Positions 32,162 to 43,269 of a stretch of DNA of 64,000 nucleotides are shown here, piece by piece. The notes under the pieces are model-generated. The model was not told the DNA's origin and ran no database searches. It was given only the letters and a program-made list of their open reading frames with translations. Numbering within the stretch: position 1 is the first letter of the stretch; the number at the start of each line of letters is the position of its first letter. Source of the DNA: a virus (Duplodnaviria; Caudoviricetes). The stretch spans positions 3,123-67,122 of IMG/VR virus record IMGVR_UViG_3300038412_000036; one strand, given 5' to 3'. The translations under genes and the position numbers were made by a program.

Positions 32162-34731
32162 TGACTTCTCTTCCCTTCACATTTGCCTACTGCAACCCGG
32201 GCGATCCGTGGAACGCGGTCACGATGGACCGCTTCGACGAGAGCATCTTCTCGTTCAAAATCAATCACGAGGAGGGCCAGCACCCGACGCTCGACCTGAC
32301 CATCCGCAATCCGCGTATCGGTCTGCTCAACCCGTCGCGTCAGCTCTGGGCGTACCTCGGCTATCGCCACTCCACAGATGGTTTGATTCCGATCTTCCAT
32401 GGCGTGCTCGTCGGCATTCCGACGAACATGTTCAAGGAGCTGATCACGCTTCAGTTCCTCGCACGATCCCACACCTTCATCGCCGACAAGCAAACCGTCG
32501 CCGAAACCATGAAGGTCGCGCCTTACTACGACCCGCTCTGGCTCGACGACAGTCAGCGTGACCAGCCCGACTCGATCCTTGAAGGGTGGTCGGCGCTTTG
32601 GCACATCGACCGGCTGACGCTCGCGACCACCGCATCGGACGTGCTGGTCGGCGAAGACGGCACGGTCACCTTCCTTGAGAGCGACGCGTTCTACGACAGC
32701 GTCGGCATGAGCCTCGATCAGCCTCCGCTCGTCAACGTGCGCGTCGAGGCGAACGTGAAGTGGACGCAGCGCGCATCCGGCTACATCACCGGCATCCCGC
32801 CGGTCAACATTGCCTCCTACACTGGCGGCTCATTCCTTAGTGACTGGCCCAAGCCCGGCACCAGTCTCGGCGGCGGCTATCGCGTCGAGACGAGCTGGAC
32901 GGCGGACACCTATCACATCGAGCAGACGCCGACGATGTCGTGGCATTCGAACTACCACGCAGGCGAGAATCCCGGGCAGTGCGGCACCGAGAGCGCGAGC
33001 ACGTCCTCGTCCGGCCCGGCGCTGCTCACGCCGAAGTATCTCTCGGTCGTCTTGACGGAGTATTGGAAGTCGGGCGTCTGCTTCCCGGATAGCGACCCGC
33101 CACAGAACATCCCGGCGGAAGTCAACATCACGGGCGTGATCGTTCCGGTCTGGTACGTCAATGGCACCATGACATTGCGCTACGACGCCGAGCGCGACTA
33201 CGGCGAGTACCTGTCGTTCGACATGATCGCTAACGTGCAGGGCATCCTCGCCTCGCCGACGGTCGATCAGGATACCGAGCTGTTGACTCTCAACTCGGTC
33301 GATCTCGGCATTCCGCTGCCGCAAGTCAAAAACTGGACGGACTTCGCCGGGCAGCCGGTCAACATTGCGCAGGTCATCTGGCCCAACAACCCGACGGAGC
33401 CGGGCGGCCTCGCCTACCAGATTTGCGTGCAGGCAGGCACGGCGGGCGCGACCGAACCGGTCTTCAGCGATCTCCCGGGCGTCACGACCAACGACGGCTC
33501 TGTGGTCTGGGCGAGCTTGGGCAAGGACGGCTTCTCTTCGTCGAACGTCTGGTCTGCGGGCGAAGGCGTCCCGACCGGCATGGTCATTCTCATGACCAAT
33601 CAGGCATTCAATCCGAACATCGGCGAGATGGAGGATGTGATCCCGACACAGACCTCCTACTACATCTGCATCCAAGGCGGCATCACCAACGGCGACTACA
33701 CCCAGTTCACCTACGTGCCTCCGGTCCACACCAATGACGAGCCGACTCCGGAGCCGATTGTCATCGACCTGTTTACGCCGCCTACATTTTCGCAGACACC
33801 GGGCACGATCATCCAAGACGGCAGCGTGAAGTGGATGGTTCTCGGCGCGAACCCCTCGATGCTGGCGATCCCGATTGGCGGCTCTCCGGACAATGTTACG
33901 GCGAACAACTTCTTCCCGTCGGCGCGTGGGCAGCAGTCGATTGAGTACCTTATCTGTCGCGCCCGCGCCCGACTGCGCTATCGCTCGCGTGCGGTCTCGG
34001 TGAGCTGGACCTCGCCGTTTGAGAAGTGCGTCTACCTGTCGTGCCGCAAGAATGCGACGATCAACGATCACCGCATCCCCGGCGCTGCGGCCACCGGCAA
34101 GATCGTCGGGTATAGTCTCGAATGCGACGGCCACAGCGGTGAGTTGCGCGGGAACGTCAAGATCGGGTGCAGCGTTGGTTTCGGCAACTCCGTGGCCGCG
34201 ATCACCGGAACGCCCGAGTATGCGAATGCAGGATACGCGCAGGCAGGCTGGCAGCGCTACGACGGCGCGACGAGCGTGCCCGGCAGCAACGACACGACCT
34301 ACACCAAGCCGTACTATGTGCCGTTCGACGACGGTCTGCAATATCCGTTGACGTGGAATCAGATCAGCGACGGCGGCATCATCAGCGGCACGATGGCACA
34401 GCAAGAGGCTAAGATCAAAGCCTCGTTCAAGACGCTGCGTGTCCTGACCTATCTGCAAAATTGGTCGGGCCAAACCATCTCGACCGGCGGCACCGGAAAC
34501 CAGAGCACGAACACCGGCATCAACTCACAAGAGGCGTGGACTATTGAGCGCGAAGAGCTGGCACTGGCGGCGCAGTCTACGCCCTACGTGATGGAGGCAA
34601 ACCCGGTCTCGTGGACGGTGCTGCTCAAGCCATGTAACGGCAACGGGCCGTTCATCGGCTCCTACGAGATCAGCGTATCCCCTCTGGAGGTCCCGCAGGG
34701 CATCAACCTCGCGGCTCCGTCTAACCCGTAA
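32161..34731 (+). CDS. tail tip/baseplate hub protein
   Basis: 856 aa after Dit; contains DG.V.W repeats. Confidence 0.7.
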   Translation: MTSLPFTFAYCNPGDPWNAVTMDRFDESIFSFKINHEEGQHPTLDLTIRNPRIGLLNPSRQLWAYLGYRHSTDGLIPIFHGVLVGIPTNMFKELITLQFLARSHTFIADKQTVAETMKVAPYYDPLWLDDSQRDQPDSILEGWSALWHIDRLTLATTASDVLVGEDGTVTFLESDAFYDSVGMSLDQPPLVNVRVEANVKWTQRASGYITGIPPVNIASYTGGSFLSDWPKPGTSLGGGYRVETSWTADTYHIEQTPTMSWHSNYHAGENPGQCGTESASTSSSGPALLTPKYLSVVLTEYWKSGVCFPDSDPPQNIPAEVNITGVIVPVWYVNGTMTLRYDAERDYGEYLSFDMIANVQGILASPTVDQDTELLTLNSVDLGIPLPQVKNWTDFAGQPVNIAQVIWPNNPTEPGGLAYQICVQAGTAGATEPVFSDLPGVTTNDGSVVWASLGKDGFSSSNVWSAGEGVPTGMVILMTNQAFNPNIGEMEDVIPTQTSYYICIQGGITNGDYTQFTYVPPVHTNDEPTPEPIVIDLFTPPTFSQTPGTIIQDGSVKWMVLGANPSMLAIPIGGSPDNVTANNFFPSARGQQSIEYLICRARARLRYRSRAVSVSWTSPFEKCVYLSCRKNATINDHRIPGAAATGKIVGYSLECDGHSGELRGNVKIGCSVGFGNSVAAITGTPEYANAGYAQAGWQRYDGATSVPGSNDTTYTKPYYVPFDDGLQYPLTWNQISDGGIISGTMAQQEAKIKASFKTLRVLTYLQNWSGQTISTGGTGNQSTNTGINSQEAWTIEREELALAAQSTPYVMEANPVSWTVLLKPCNGNGPFIGSYEISVSPLEVPQGINLAAPSNP

Positions 34732-34743
34732 CAGGAGAATACC

Positions 34744-34980
34744 ATGGCAGGGATGGAAGGCATTGTACGGCCGTTCGTCGGCCCCGGCGTCGCACCTCGG
34801 CGTATTTTCGAGCCCAACTCGAAAGGCTCGCCCCCGATCCACTTCTCGGTCGGGCTGCGCGGCGGCAACAAGATGTTCTCCTTCAGCGGGCAATCGACGA
34901 TCAGCTCGTACATGGCGGCCGTCCACAAAGAGGCGGCCTCTGACGCGTTCGACATGACGACAGGGCAGTTGGCATCGTGA
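34744..34980 (+). CDS. small tail protein
   Basis: AGGAG RBS; in tail operon. Confidence 0.6.
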   Translation: MAGMEGIVRPFVGPGVAPRRIFEPNSKGSPPIHFSVGLRGGNKMFSFSGQSTISSYMAAVHKEAASDAFDMTTGQLAS

Positions 34981-36404
34981 CCTTTACACGCAGAACACAG
35001 ATCGCTCGCATTCACGATCCGAACACCAAGCCCGATCCGTCGAGCACGACGGCGGATAGCAACTATATCGACATTGAAATTCTGGAGGCGATTGCATTCC
35101 GCACCCACAATAACCGGGAGGTCATCCTCAAGCTCGACCACAAGGGTTCGGCGTACATCAAAGATGACACGGGCGGGGGACACCAGAAGACACCGGGCAA
35201 GGCTTCGTCGAAGTCGCACATGAAGCGCGTGCAGTCTGCCGACGGGAAGAACGCGCTCGATGTGGAAGTGGTTGATTGCTGGGCGGCGCGCGACACGAAC
35301 AACAAAGAGTGGATTCTGGACATGCAGCCGGGCTCCGACGGCGGCAATGCATTCAACATCAGCGACGGCACCGGGGACATCAGATCGACGCGGCGGCAGC
35401 ACAACGAGACCGTCACGCAGCCTCCGGGCAAGACCAAAGCCGACGCCAAGGGCAGCTACATCACCTCGGTGCGGAGCGACAATCTCGCATTTCGCACGAC
35501 CAACAATTTCGAAGTCATCCTAAGCTGCCCATCCTGCGACGACCCGAACGCGCAAGGGGTGGACTTCAGCCGCGCCAGCACATTTTCGTCGCCGAAAGGC
35601 TACGACCCGAATGACGAAAGCGATCAGGCGGTGAAGCCTCCGTCGCTGGACGATCTCGGATACATCGCGCACAACTATGTCAAATACGTCGAAGATGGAG
35701 GCACCACCAAGGGCATATTTACGCAGGACGAGAAAATCGACATGGGGCCGTTCTGGTGGATTCGCAAGATCAATCAGGGCAACGACCTCTGGTTCGGATT
35801 CACCGTCTCGGACAACATTCAGGGACCTCACGCTTGGGTCACCTTCGATGACATCCCCGAGCTGGCAGGCGTTCAACTCGACCTGATGGTTTCGGGTGGA
35901 AGCAACGGCAACCCCACCATGCCGAGCAATCCGGCTTTCATCGATACCGGCGGCAACGTCGAAACACTGACCGACGCGATGCTGAATCAGACGGTCCTCA
36001 CTGGCATCCACGGCGAGAAGGTCTTGGGTTTCGGTTTGTGGGTTTTCACGGACGCAATCAACCCCTTCATTGGAGTTTGGATCAAATCGAAAAACCCGCT
36101 GTTTGCACAGCCCTTCAAGGTCACTCTGCATACCGCCGTGCAGGAGCTGACCTCGGGCGATATGGTAGGCACGGCATACGCGCTCTCCAAGACCACATCT
36201 GCGCACATCAAGGCCGGTCTGCAAATGGTCCCCGACACCTCTCCGGGGCCACCGGCATTTCCGGGAGATGTCCACCACTTCCCTCTCCCGCAAGGTAACG
36301 ACGCTGGTGGCTCTTCGGCGACGACGATTGCAGGCGGTGTCCCGAATTTGACCTTTCAGTTCGACCTCACCGACCCCGCGAACCCGAAGATCACGACCGT
36401 CTAA
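34977..36404 (+). CDS. tail protein with internally repeated N-terminal domain
   Basis: Repeated IAF(R)T.NN.E.IL units; in tail operon. Confidence 0.6.
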   Translation: MTFTRRTQIARIHDPNTKPDPSSTTADSNYIDIEILEAIAFRTHNNREVILKLDHKGSAYIKDDTGGGHQKTPGKASSKSHMKRVQSADGKNALDVEVVDCWAARDTNNKEWILDMQPGSDGGNAFNISDGTGDIRSTRRQHNETVTQPPGKTKADAKGSYITSVRSDNLAFRTTNNFEVILSCPSCDDPNAQGVDFSRASTFSSPKGYDPNDESDQAVKPPSLDDLGYIAHNYVKYVEDGGTTKGIFTQDEKIDMGPFWWIRKINQGNDLWFGFTVSDNIQGPHAWVTFDDIPELAGVQLDLMVSGGSNGNPTMPSNPAFIDTGGNVETLTDAMLNQTVLTGIHGEKVLGFGLWVFTDAINPFIGVWIKSKNPLFAQPFKVTLHTAVQELTSGDMVGTAYALSKTTSAHIKAGLQMVPDTSPGPPAFPGDVHHFPLPQGNDAGGSSATTIAGGVPNLTFQFDLTDPANPKITTV

Positions 36405-36407
36405 TAC

Positions 36408-36436
36408 CTTGACGCCAGCCCTCAAATATGGTTAAT
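36408..36436 (+). promoter_or_regulatory. putative promoter for fibre genes
   Basis: CTTGAC-N17-GTTAAT after a stop codon. Confidence 0.5.
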
Positions 36437-36462
36437 GCCTCAATTCGAATCGGATCACCGCC

Positions 36463-37311
36463 ATGCCCCTTATCAGCAATCTCGTTTATCGCACCGACGA
36501 CGCCACGCGCTGGGGCAACGGACAGGGGTCCGACCTCGCGGCTGTCACCATCGACCTCAACTTCTGGACACTCTGGAGCGCGATTCACAGCATGCAGTTG
36601 TCGCCGATCTCGGCGCGCAGCATCGACTTCATTTCGCTCTCCGCCGGAAACCAGCTCTACGTCCATCTGACAGACCACTCCATCCAAGGTCCGTTCACGG
36701 TCCCGACTGAAATCTGGAATCCGCGCGGCACGTGGCTGCCCTCGGTCAACTACGCTCCGCTCGATGTCGTCGGCGATAACGGGTCGCTGTATCTGGTCAA
36801 CATCCAGCACACCAGCGCGGGCACGTTCAACGCGTTCGCGACTGACGGGCTCGGGCACAACCTCTACACCCTGCTTCTGGAGCAACCGGCTGACGAGCTT
36901 CCGGCCGGTGGCACCGTCGGCCAGCGGCTCGTCAAGTCGAGCGGTAGCCCGTTTGTGACGACGTGGGAGAGCGACAAGCGAGTGCTCGCGCTCTACGTCG
37001 AAGGTCCGCCCAACGCAGGCGAGACGCTTCTGCAATTCGCCGTCGTCGATCACATGACCCTCCCGTCGGGCCTCACCGGCTCAGTGGCCTATGCGGGTAT
37101 CGCCGCAAGCGCGGACACGGTCTTCACGATCAACCAGAACGGCAACCCCATCGGCACGATCACCTTCCACACCTCGCCGCATTCGACCGTATCGTTCACG
37201 GCATCGATCAACCTCGTTCCCGGCGACATTATCACCCTCGTCGCCCCGGCCGTCGCCGACGCGACGCTCGCGAACATCAGCTTCAGCTTCGTCGCGCTGC
37301 TCACGGAGTAA
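36463..37311 (+). CDS. tail fibre-associated protein
   Basis: RGTW.PS..Y...DVV...GSLY carbohydrate-binding-like motif; GG..GQ.L.K.S motif. Confidence 0.7.
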   Translation: MPLISNLVYRTDDATRWGNGQGSDLAAVTIDLNFWTLWSAIHSMQLSPISARSIDFISLSAGNQLYVHLTDHSIQGPFTVPTEIWNPRGTWLPSVNYAPLDVVGDNGSLYLVNIQHTSAGTFNAFATDGLGHNLYTLLLEQPADELPAGGTVGQRLVKSSGSPFVTTWESDKRVLALYVEGPPNAGETLLQFAVVDHMTLPSGLTGSVAYAGIAASADTVFTINQNGNPIGTITFHTSPHSTVSFTASINLVPGDIITLVAPAVADATLANISFSFVALLTE

Positions 37312-37314
37312 CCA

Positions 37315-39300
37315 ATGGCAACTTGGGATAACAGGACGACGCAATACGTCTCGTCCGGCAAGTACAATTCGGTCGCCCAATGGGCGGCCACGACTGCGTA
37401 TACGGCGGGCGTCTCGCTGGTGCGCCAGCTTGCAGCCCCGGCGTTCGCTGCCGAGCGCGTCTTCCTTTGTATCCAAAGCGGCACCTCCGGTGGCACCGAG
37501 CCGACATGGGGCACGACGACGGGCGCGATCACGACAACCGACGGCACCGTACATTGGCTTGAGGTCACCGGCTGCGCGGCGCTCAACGGCGACGTGGCTA
37601 ACACCCCGAAGTGGGCGAACGGCGGTGGCGGCGGCCGTCCTCCGGCGGCCAGCCAGACGGTCACCGACGCGGCGGGCACGCACGCTTTCATCTGTACGGT
37701 CAGCGGAACGACCGGCGGCACCGAGCCGACGTGGAATACGACTGCGGTCGGCAACACGACGACTGACGGCACCGTGACATGGATGTATATCGGCACGGCC
37801 GCGACGCTGACCAAGTGGGCAGCGCCGCATGCGCGCGTCTCTGTCGCGATCTCCAGCAACTGGGTCAGCAACAACGGCTTCGGCCAAGTCACCCTCATTC
37901 ACGTCGGCAACAGCCACAACGAGAACAGCGGTGCAAGCAACTCCCTGACTTGGAGCATGGGTGCGAACGAAGGCGGCACCGGATCGGTGCACATCACGTG
38001 CGTCAACGAAGCGGGCAACGTCCCTCCGCAATCGTCCGACATCACGACCGGAGCAACCGCGACAGCCGGTGGCAACAGCCAGAGCGTCAATATCGCGGGC
38101 TACTTCCGGATGACCGGCATCACGCTCGCCCTCAGCGGCACCGGCAACACCCAGATGAACCTCTCCACCGACCAAAACTCCGACGTGGAATATGTCAACT
38201 GCACCTTCGTCATGGGCTCCACGAACGCGGGCTGCACCCTCCAGATGCCCGGACGCCTGCACGGCAAGTCAGTCTTCCGCAACTGCACCGTGACATTTGG
38301 TGCTGGCGGACAGCAAATGAATATGAGCGGTCCGGTTCGCTGGTACGGCGGCAGCATCGGCAAGACCGGAACCCAGCTTACGAATCAGCTCTTCATTCAG
38401 TCGGATTGCTGCGACATGCTCTTCAAGGGCGTGGATTTCAGCAACGTCCTCGCGAGCACGTCCGCCTATCTGATGTCGATGTCCGGCAACTCCGGCAACG
38501 AGCAGGTCCGGTTCGAAGACTGCATCCTGCCCACGAGCGTTAACGCATCGGTCGCGCACATCTTCTCGCACGCGAACGGCAACGGGTGGCTTGAGCTGAT
38601 CCGCTGCGGATCGGAGTTCGAATACGCGCGCTACAACGGCAACGGGTCCGTGGTCGCATCGAGCCAAGCCGCCCGCACCGGAGGCGCGACGGATAGCGTC
38701 ACACACTACGGATGGATCATCACAACGGATGCCACCTACGTCAATCCGTGGACGAACTACCTCGAATGCCCGCCCGTCGTCTCGTGGAACACGGCGACAG
38801 GCTCTCCGGCTTTCACGTGCGATGTCTATGGCATCTCGTGGGACGCGGCTCTGCCGACCAACAAGGAGGTGTGGCTTGAGATCGATTCCGAGGTGGACGC
38901 TGGCGACACCAAGAGCAAGCGCACCGTCAATCGCGTCACGGACATCTTCACGACGCCGACCTCGTGGAGCGCGGATACCTCGCACTGGGATAGCGGCGCT
39001 TCGGCGCGGCTCAACACGCATGCCTACAGCGTCGGCGATCTGATCGCCGACCCGCAAGGCAACGGCAGGCTCTATCGCTGTACGGTCGCCGGAACATCGA
39101 ACGGCAGTGTCCCGGCCGGATATGCCACGGCAGTGGACGGCACGGCAGTCACTGACGGCACCGCCACCTTCAAGGCGGGATTCCGCTTCATCATGACCCA
39201 AGCCATCTCTGCGGCGCAAGTCGGCAACGTCACTGTGACCGTCTGTTTCGGCAAGGCGGGCTCGCTCGTTTACGCCATCGATCCGCAAGTCGTCGTGTAA
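37315..39300 (+). CDS. tail fibre/receptor-binding protein
   Basis: GTSGGTEPTW...TTDGTV.W repeats; Gly/Thr/Asn-rich beta-helix-like middle. Confidence 0.75.
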   Translation: MATWDNRTTQYVSSGKYNSVAQWAATTAYTAGVSLVRQLAAPAFAAERVFLCIQSGTSGGTEPTWGTTTGAITTTDGTVHWLEVTGCAALNGDVANTPKWANGGGGGRPPAASQTVTDAAGTHAFICTVSGTTGGTEPTWNTTAVGNTTTDGTVTWMYIGTAATLTKWAAPHARVSVAISSNWVSNNGFGQVTLIHVGNSHNENSGASNSLTWSMGANEGGTGSVHITCVNEAGNVPPQSSDITTGATATAGGNSQSVNIAGYFRMTGITLALSGTGNTQMNLSTDQNSDVEYVNCTFVMGSTNAGCTLQMPGRLHGKSVFRNCTVTFGAGGQQMNMSGPVRWYGGSIGKTGTQLTNQLFIQSDCCDMLFKGVDFSNVLASTSAYLMSMSGNSGNEQVRFEDCILPTSVNASVAHIFSHANGNGWLELIRCGSEFEYARYNGNGSVVASSQAARTGGATDSVTHYGWIITTDATYVNPWTNYLECPPVVSWNTATGSPAFTCDVYGISWDAALPTNKEVWLEIDSEVDAGDTKSKRTVNRVTDIFTTPTSWSADTSHWDSGASARLNTHAYSVGDLIADPQGNGRLYRCTVAGTSNGSVPAGYATAVDGTAVTDGTATFKAGFRFIMTQAISAAQVGNVTVTVCFGKAGSLVYAIDPQVVV

Positions 39301-39303
39301 TAA

Positions 39304-41046
39304 ATGACAAACAAAATCTACCCAGTTAGCAGGGCTGGTCTTGGCGGTGCCGTTTTCTTCCTTGAGAACGGCTCGCAAACCGTCGTGCCCGGCGAGGGCG
39401 GCGTCGTCGTCGAAGGCACTGGCGCAAGCGGTGGCCCGTCCGGCACGATGGCGGCGACTGAAGCGACCGACACCATGGCGGCGTTCGGCCAGCCTCCGGT
39501 CGGCACCTTGGCGGCTACGGAAGCGACGGACACGGCGAAGATCAGCGGGTGGGTCTCGCGCAAGCCTGACGATCCGGTCCAGTCGTTCAACTGGGTCTGG
39601 AGTAGCGGCAACCGTCTCGCCACCAGCATCGACGCGGGCGGTAACGGCCTGATCGCAGCCGTCACGACCAATCTGGCGGGCGCAACACAGTCGTTCGACT
39701 TCAGCACGGCATTCAACGGCCGCAGCTTCGGCGGCGGCGCGAACGGCCCCGACTACGGCGGCACGCCGACGGCCAACGCGACATCCGTCACATGGCAGAT
39801 CAGCAACGCCGCTGGGCAGCCCGGCGCACTGATCATCAACGGTCTGCGCTTCGCCAATCAGGATTGGTCGATCAGCGGCGGCATTCAGGACTGGGGTAAC
39901 TGGGCTTTTCTCGGATCGCTGGACGGCGCGACTTGGTGGACGATTGGCACGTTCAACCTCGCCATCACCGGCACCGGGTATCAGGACGACAACGGCAACA
40001 GCATCGGCGCGGGCTTCACGGTCAATTTCGGCAAAGACAACCTCATTGCCAACATCCCGTGGACCTACTTTCAGTTGGTCTGGACCGGCGGCGCGTGGAA
40101 CGGCAACCGGCTGTGTAGCGGCCTCGACTTCATGGCGTTCGCCAACCCGAACGAGGCGGTCCCCGATGCGACGGTTACGCACAGCTCCGGCCTCACGGTC
40201 TCCGGCGGCTCGCCGTCTGGCACGCTGCAAAACTACCAGAACGGCAACCTCGAATGGAGTGTCGTCAGCGATAACGCGAACGTCCCGACCGTCAATGGCC
40301 TGACCAATGGCGAGTATATCACCTTCGACTGGGGTGCAGGCAAGTTCGTCGCCCCGTTCCGATTCCGGGTAAGCCTCAACGGCACGCTCCCCGCCGTCAA
40401 CTACGGCACGTGCCAATGGTCGGCGTCGAATGACGGCACGACGTGGGCGAACATCGGCTCGTCGTTCACGATGAATCTCAACGGCCAGCTCGACGCCGTC
40501 TTTGACATCGATAACCCGACGCGGCTCTTCTACCAGATGTGGAGGCTGACATTCGTCAGTACGACGCAGACACAGCTCAATGGCGTCACCGAATTTATCT
40601 TCGACATGGAGAGCCAGAGCTACGACATCCTTCGCGCGACCGAGGCGGCGGACACCTTCCACGCCGTTGGTTACGTCGGCGCGTTCGGTGTCACCGGCAG
40701 CCTCGCCGCGAGCGAAACGACCGACATGTTCGCGGCCGTCGGCTACACCTCGGACTTGGCGATCATGGCATCTACCGAGGCGAAGGATACGTTCTCCGCC
40801 TATGGCTATTTGCCTGTCAGGGGCGCGCTCGCGGCGACCGAAGCGGCGGACAAATTCGCGGCTACAGGTCTCGGGCGGGGCGAGGATGGCGTGCTTATCG
40901 CCTCCGAATCGGTTGACATTTTCGCGGCAACAGGGTATACGCCAACCTCGGGACCTTTTGCCGCGACCGAGAATCCGGATATTGCCCGGTTCATTGGCGC
41001 AGGCGTCACAACCTCACGAAAGCGTCGCGTCTTCATCGTCACGTAA
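39304..41046 (+). CDS. tail fibre protein with two discoidin-like domains and ATExxDxF repeats
   Basis: Two W....S.DG.TW..IG modules; repeated [LM]AATE..D..[AF] strands at both ends. Confidence 0.7.
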   Translation: MTNKIYPVSRAGLGGAVFFLENGSQTVVPGEGGVVVEGTGASGGPSGTMAATEATDTMAAFGQPPVGTLAATEATDTAKISGWVSRKPDDPVQSFNWVWSSGNRLATSIDAGGNGLIAAVTTNLAGATQSFDFSTAFNGRSFGGGANGPDYGGTPTANATSVTWQISNAAGQPGALIINGLRFANQDWSISGGIQDWGNWAFLGSLDGATWWTIGTFNLAITGTGYQDDNGNSIGAGFTVNFGKDNLIANIPWTYFQLVWTGGAWNGNRLCSGLDFMAFANPNEAVPDATVTHSSGLTVSGGSPSGTLQNYQNGNLEWSVVSDNANVPTVNGLTNGEYITFDWGAGKFVAPFRFRVSLNGTLPAVNYGTCQWSASNDGTTWANIGSSFTMNLNGQLDAVFDIDNPTRLFYQMWRLTFVSTTQTQLNGVTEFIFDMESQSYDILRATEAADTFHAVGYVGAFGVTGSLAASETTDMFAAVGYTSDLAIMASTEAKDTFSAYGYLPVRGALAATEAADKFAATGLGRGEDGVLIASESVDIFAATGYTPTSGPFAATENPDIARFIGAGVTTSRKRRVFIVT

Positions 41047-41061
41047 GCAGGAGCTACAACT

Positions 41062-41439
41062 ATGTCCGTCACCTATAACACCACGCTGAAGAACACGCGC
41101 ATGACCGATGTCGTCACCGCAATCGGTGCGACCGGCTACCTCAACATCTTGACCGCAGGCGGCGCTTCGCTACTCGCGTCGATTCCGCTCGCGAATCCGG
41201 CGGGCACCGTGACCGGCGGCGTGCTGACCTTCAGCGGCACCCCACTCACCGAGGCGAGCGCGAACGCGTCCGGTACGGCCGCCGTCGCGACGATCACGAC
41301 CGCTGCCAACAACACCGGCACGACTGTGGTCTCGGGCCTCACCGTCAGCTCCAGCTCGGGCGACATCGTCCTCTCCTCGACGAACATCGTCGCCGGTCAG
41401 CCGGTCACGATCACGTCCGCGACGATCACCCACGGCTAA
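41062..41439 (+). CDS. small beta-rich virion protein (paralog of 22436..22879)
   Basis: LLASIPL...A.ASGTA...GL.V....GDI.L..T.I..G..V.I.S.TI. Confidence 0.7.
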   Translation: MSVTYNTTLKNTRMTDVVTAIGATGYLNILTAGGASLLASIPLANPAGTVTGGVLTFSGTPLTEASANASGTAAVATITTAANNTGTTVVSGLTVSSSSGDIVLSSTNIVAGQPVTITSATITHG

Positions 41440-41521
41440 CCTCTAGCAGCGGCGGAAGCACTATAAAGAGTCATAAGTCTGCCGCTTAGTGGACGGCAGC
41501 GCCGCACCGGAATCCTGCGAC

Positions 41522-42592
41522 ATGAAGAAGCCTATCTTGATCGAGGGCATGCATGGCATGGGCGATAACGTCCACCAGCGTGCCCTCATTCGTCAGATCA
41601 TGCAGACACGAGAAGTATGGCTTGAGACCTCGTGGCCCGCGATCTATCACGACCTCGTCGGTCCCGACCTCAAGCTTATTCGGCGTGCAGTGAATTTGCG
41701 CACCCAGACAAAGAACGCGCAGCGCGAAGCCGACAAGTTCCTCTCCCTCACCCCTCCGCCCGGCATCGAGCGTATCCGCGTCATGTATCACGGCGCGAAC
41801 GTGAAAGAGACCGACAGCAAGTCGATCTTGGAAGCGATGTGCCGCTGTGTCGGCGTCAGCTACGCCGACGCTGACTACCGGCTGCCGATCCCGGACGACT
41901 GGTCGATCCGGGCTAACAAGGTGCTCGACCGCGTCGGGTATACCGGGCACAAGCCGCTCCTGATCTACCGGCCGCTGGTCGCCCGGCACGAGTGGAAGGG
42001 CAGCGCGGCCCGCAACGCCAACGAGATGGCTTATGCCCATCTCTTCGCCTACCTCCGAAACCATTTCTTCGTCGTCTCGGTCGCCGATCTGGTGCCCGGA
42101 GTCGAGTGGATTGTCGGCCCGCATCTCAAGGCGGACGCCACCCTGCACAACGGCGAGCTGAATTTCGAGGAGCTGGCGGCGCTCTTCTGCGAAGCCGATC
42201 TGGTCTTCACCTCCTCCGGCTTCTCTGCCGTGCTGGCCCCCGCCGTCGAGACCCCCTGCATCAACGTCGTCGGCGGCTACGAGGATGCCAAGGCGCACGA
42301 CTCGGGCAAGAAGTTCGCCCCGTTCCTCTCCATCGAGCCGATCAACCCCTGCCATTGCTGGACCTCGGCTTGCCGTAACGTCTGCGAAAAGGAGATCGAC
42401 ATGATCCCGGCGGTTGACAAGATCGCCGCTTTCGTGCAAGACCACTTCGGAATCGCAATCCTCCCCATGAAGGGTATCGCATCGGACATGTTCGAACGGG
42501 CGCAGCGCGCTCCTGAGAACCGGCCGCTGGCGCAGCCCTTCGGCAGGCACCCGCTGTACCGATACGGCCCCAGCGCAGGACTCAAGGCATGA
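41522..42592 (+). CDS. glycosyltransferase, GT9-like (GT-B)
   Basis: GMHGMGD; L.FEELAAL...ADLV...SG...LA.AV.TP.I.V.GG. Confidence 0.75.
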   Translation: MKKPILIEGMHGMGDNVHQRALIRQIMQTREVWLETSWPAIYHDLVGPDLKLIRRAVNLRTQTKNAQREADKFLSLTPPPGIERIRVMYHGANVKETDSKSILEAMCRCVGVSYADADYRLPIPDDWSIRANKVLDRVGYTGHKPLLIYRPLVARHEWKGSAARNANEMAYAHLFAYLRNHFFVVSVADLVPGVEWIVGPHLKADATLHNGELNFEELAALFCEADLVFTSSGFSAVLAPAVETPCINVVGGYEDAKAHDSGKKFAPFLSIEPINPCHCWTSACRNVCEKEIDMIPAVDKIAAFVQDHFGIAILPMKGIASDMFERAQRAPENRPLAQPFGRHPLYRYGPSAGLKA

Positions 42593-43269
42593 ACTACAAA
42601 CTCCACATGGCGTATGCCAACCGCGAAGACCTCGCGGTTGAAGCAGTCGGCAGCGTCCTCGACATCGGCAATATCATCCTTTGGCCTAACGGCGACAACG
42701 CTGACCAGCTCGGCAACATCGCCGGGGTGCGCTCGGTGCGTCGCATGCCACCGATGGCTCCGGTCTCACTGATCAATCTCATGATCCATGACAGTTGGCA
42801 CGACGACGTGATGTTCTGGATGCACAATGACGCGCTGGCGCTGCCGGGCGTCGCGAATCGGATGCTCCAGCGCGTGCGCGAGCTTCACGCCAGCGACAAG
42901 AAATGGGGCGTGCTCTTCACGCACTATGACGTGCTGTGCGCCTTCAACATGAAGTGCGTGCGCGAGATCGGCTACTGGGACCCGATGTTTTTCCAGTACG
43001 TCGCCGACGTGGAATACTATCACCGCATGCGCAAGGCAGGCTGGACGACCGAGGAGTTCGGCCCCGGCGTCGTGCATCGCGTCGGCCCCTACAAGCCCGG
43101 CGATCCGGAGAACGATGGCTCCGTGACTGTGCGCAGCGATCCGCTCTTCGCGCATCGCACCGCGTTCCGTGGGCAGACCCAGTTCGACAACCAATATTAT
43201 GAGTTAAAGTGGGGCGGGTTCCCCGGGCGAGAAAAGTATGACCGACCCTTTGGCAATACCATTCGGTGA
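42589..43269 (+). CDS. glycosyltransferase, GT2/GT-A-like
   Basis: WMHNDA, IGYWD..F.QY..D.EY..RM..AG; paralog of 11917..12615. Confidence 0.75.
   Translation: MNYKLHMAYANREDLAVEAVGSVLDIGNIILWPNGDNADQLGNIAGVRSVRRMPPMAPVSLINLMIHDSWHDDVMFWMHNDALALPGVANRMLQRVRELHASDKKWGVLFTHYDVLCAFNMKCVREIGYWDPMFFQYVADVEYYHRMRKAGWTTEEFGPGVVHRVGPYKPGDPENDGSVTVRSDPLFAHRTAFRGQTQFDNQYYELKWGGFPGREKYDRPFGNTIR

Noticed and set aside
32830-34473. 547-aa minus-strand ORF
   Set aside because: Antisense shadow of the tail hub gene.
38269-40662. 797-aa minus-strand ORF
   Set aside because: Antisense shadow of the fibre genes; Val/Arg/Ala-rich as expected from reversed NNC codons.
36463-41439. Tail-fibre diversification by DGR or invertase shufflon
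   Set aside because: No reverse transcriptase, template/variable repeat pair, invertase or inverted cassettes seen.
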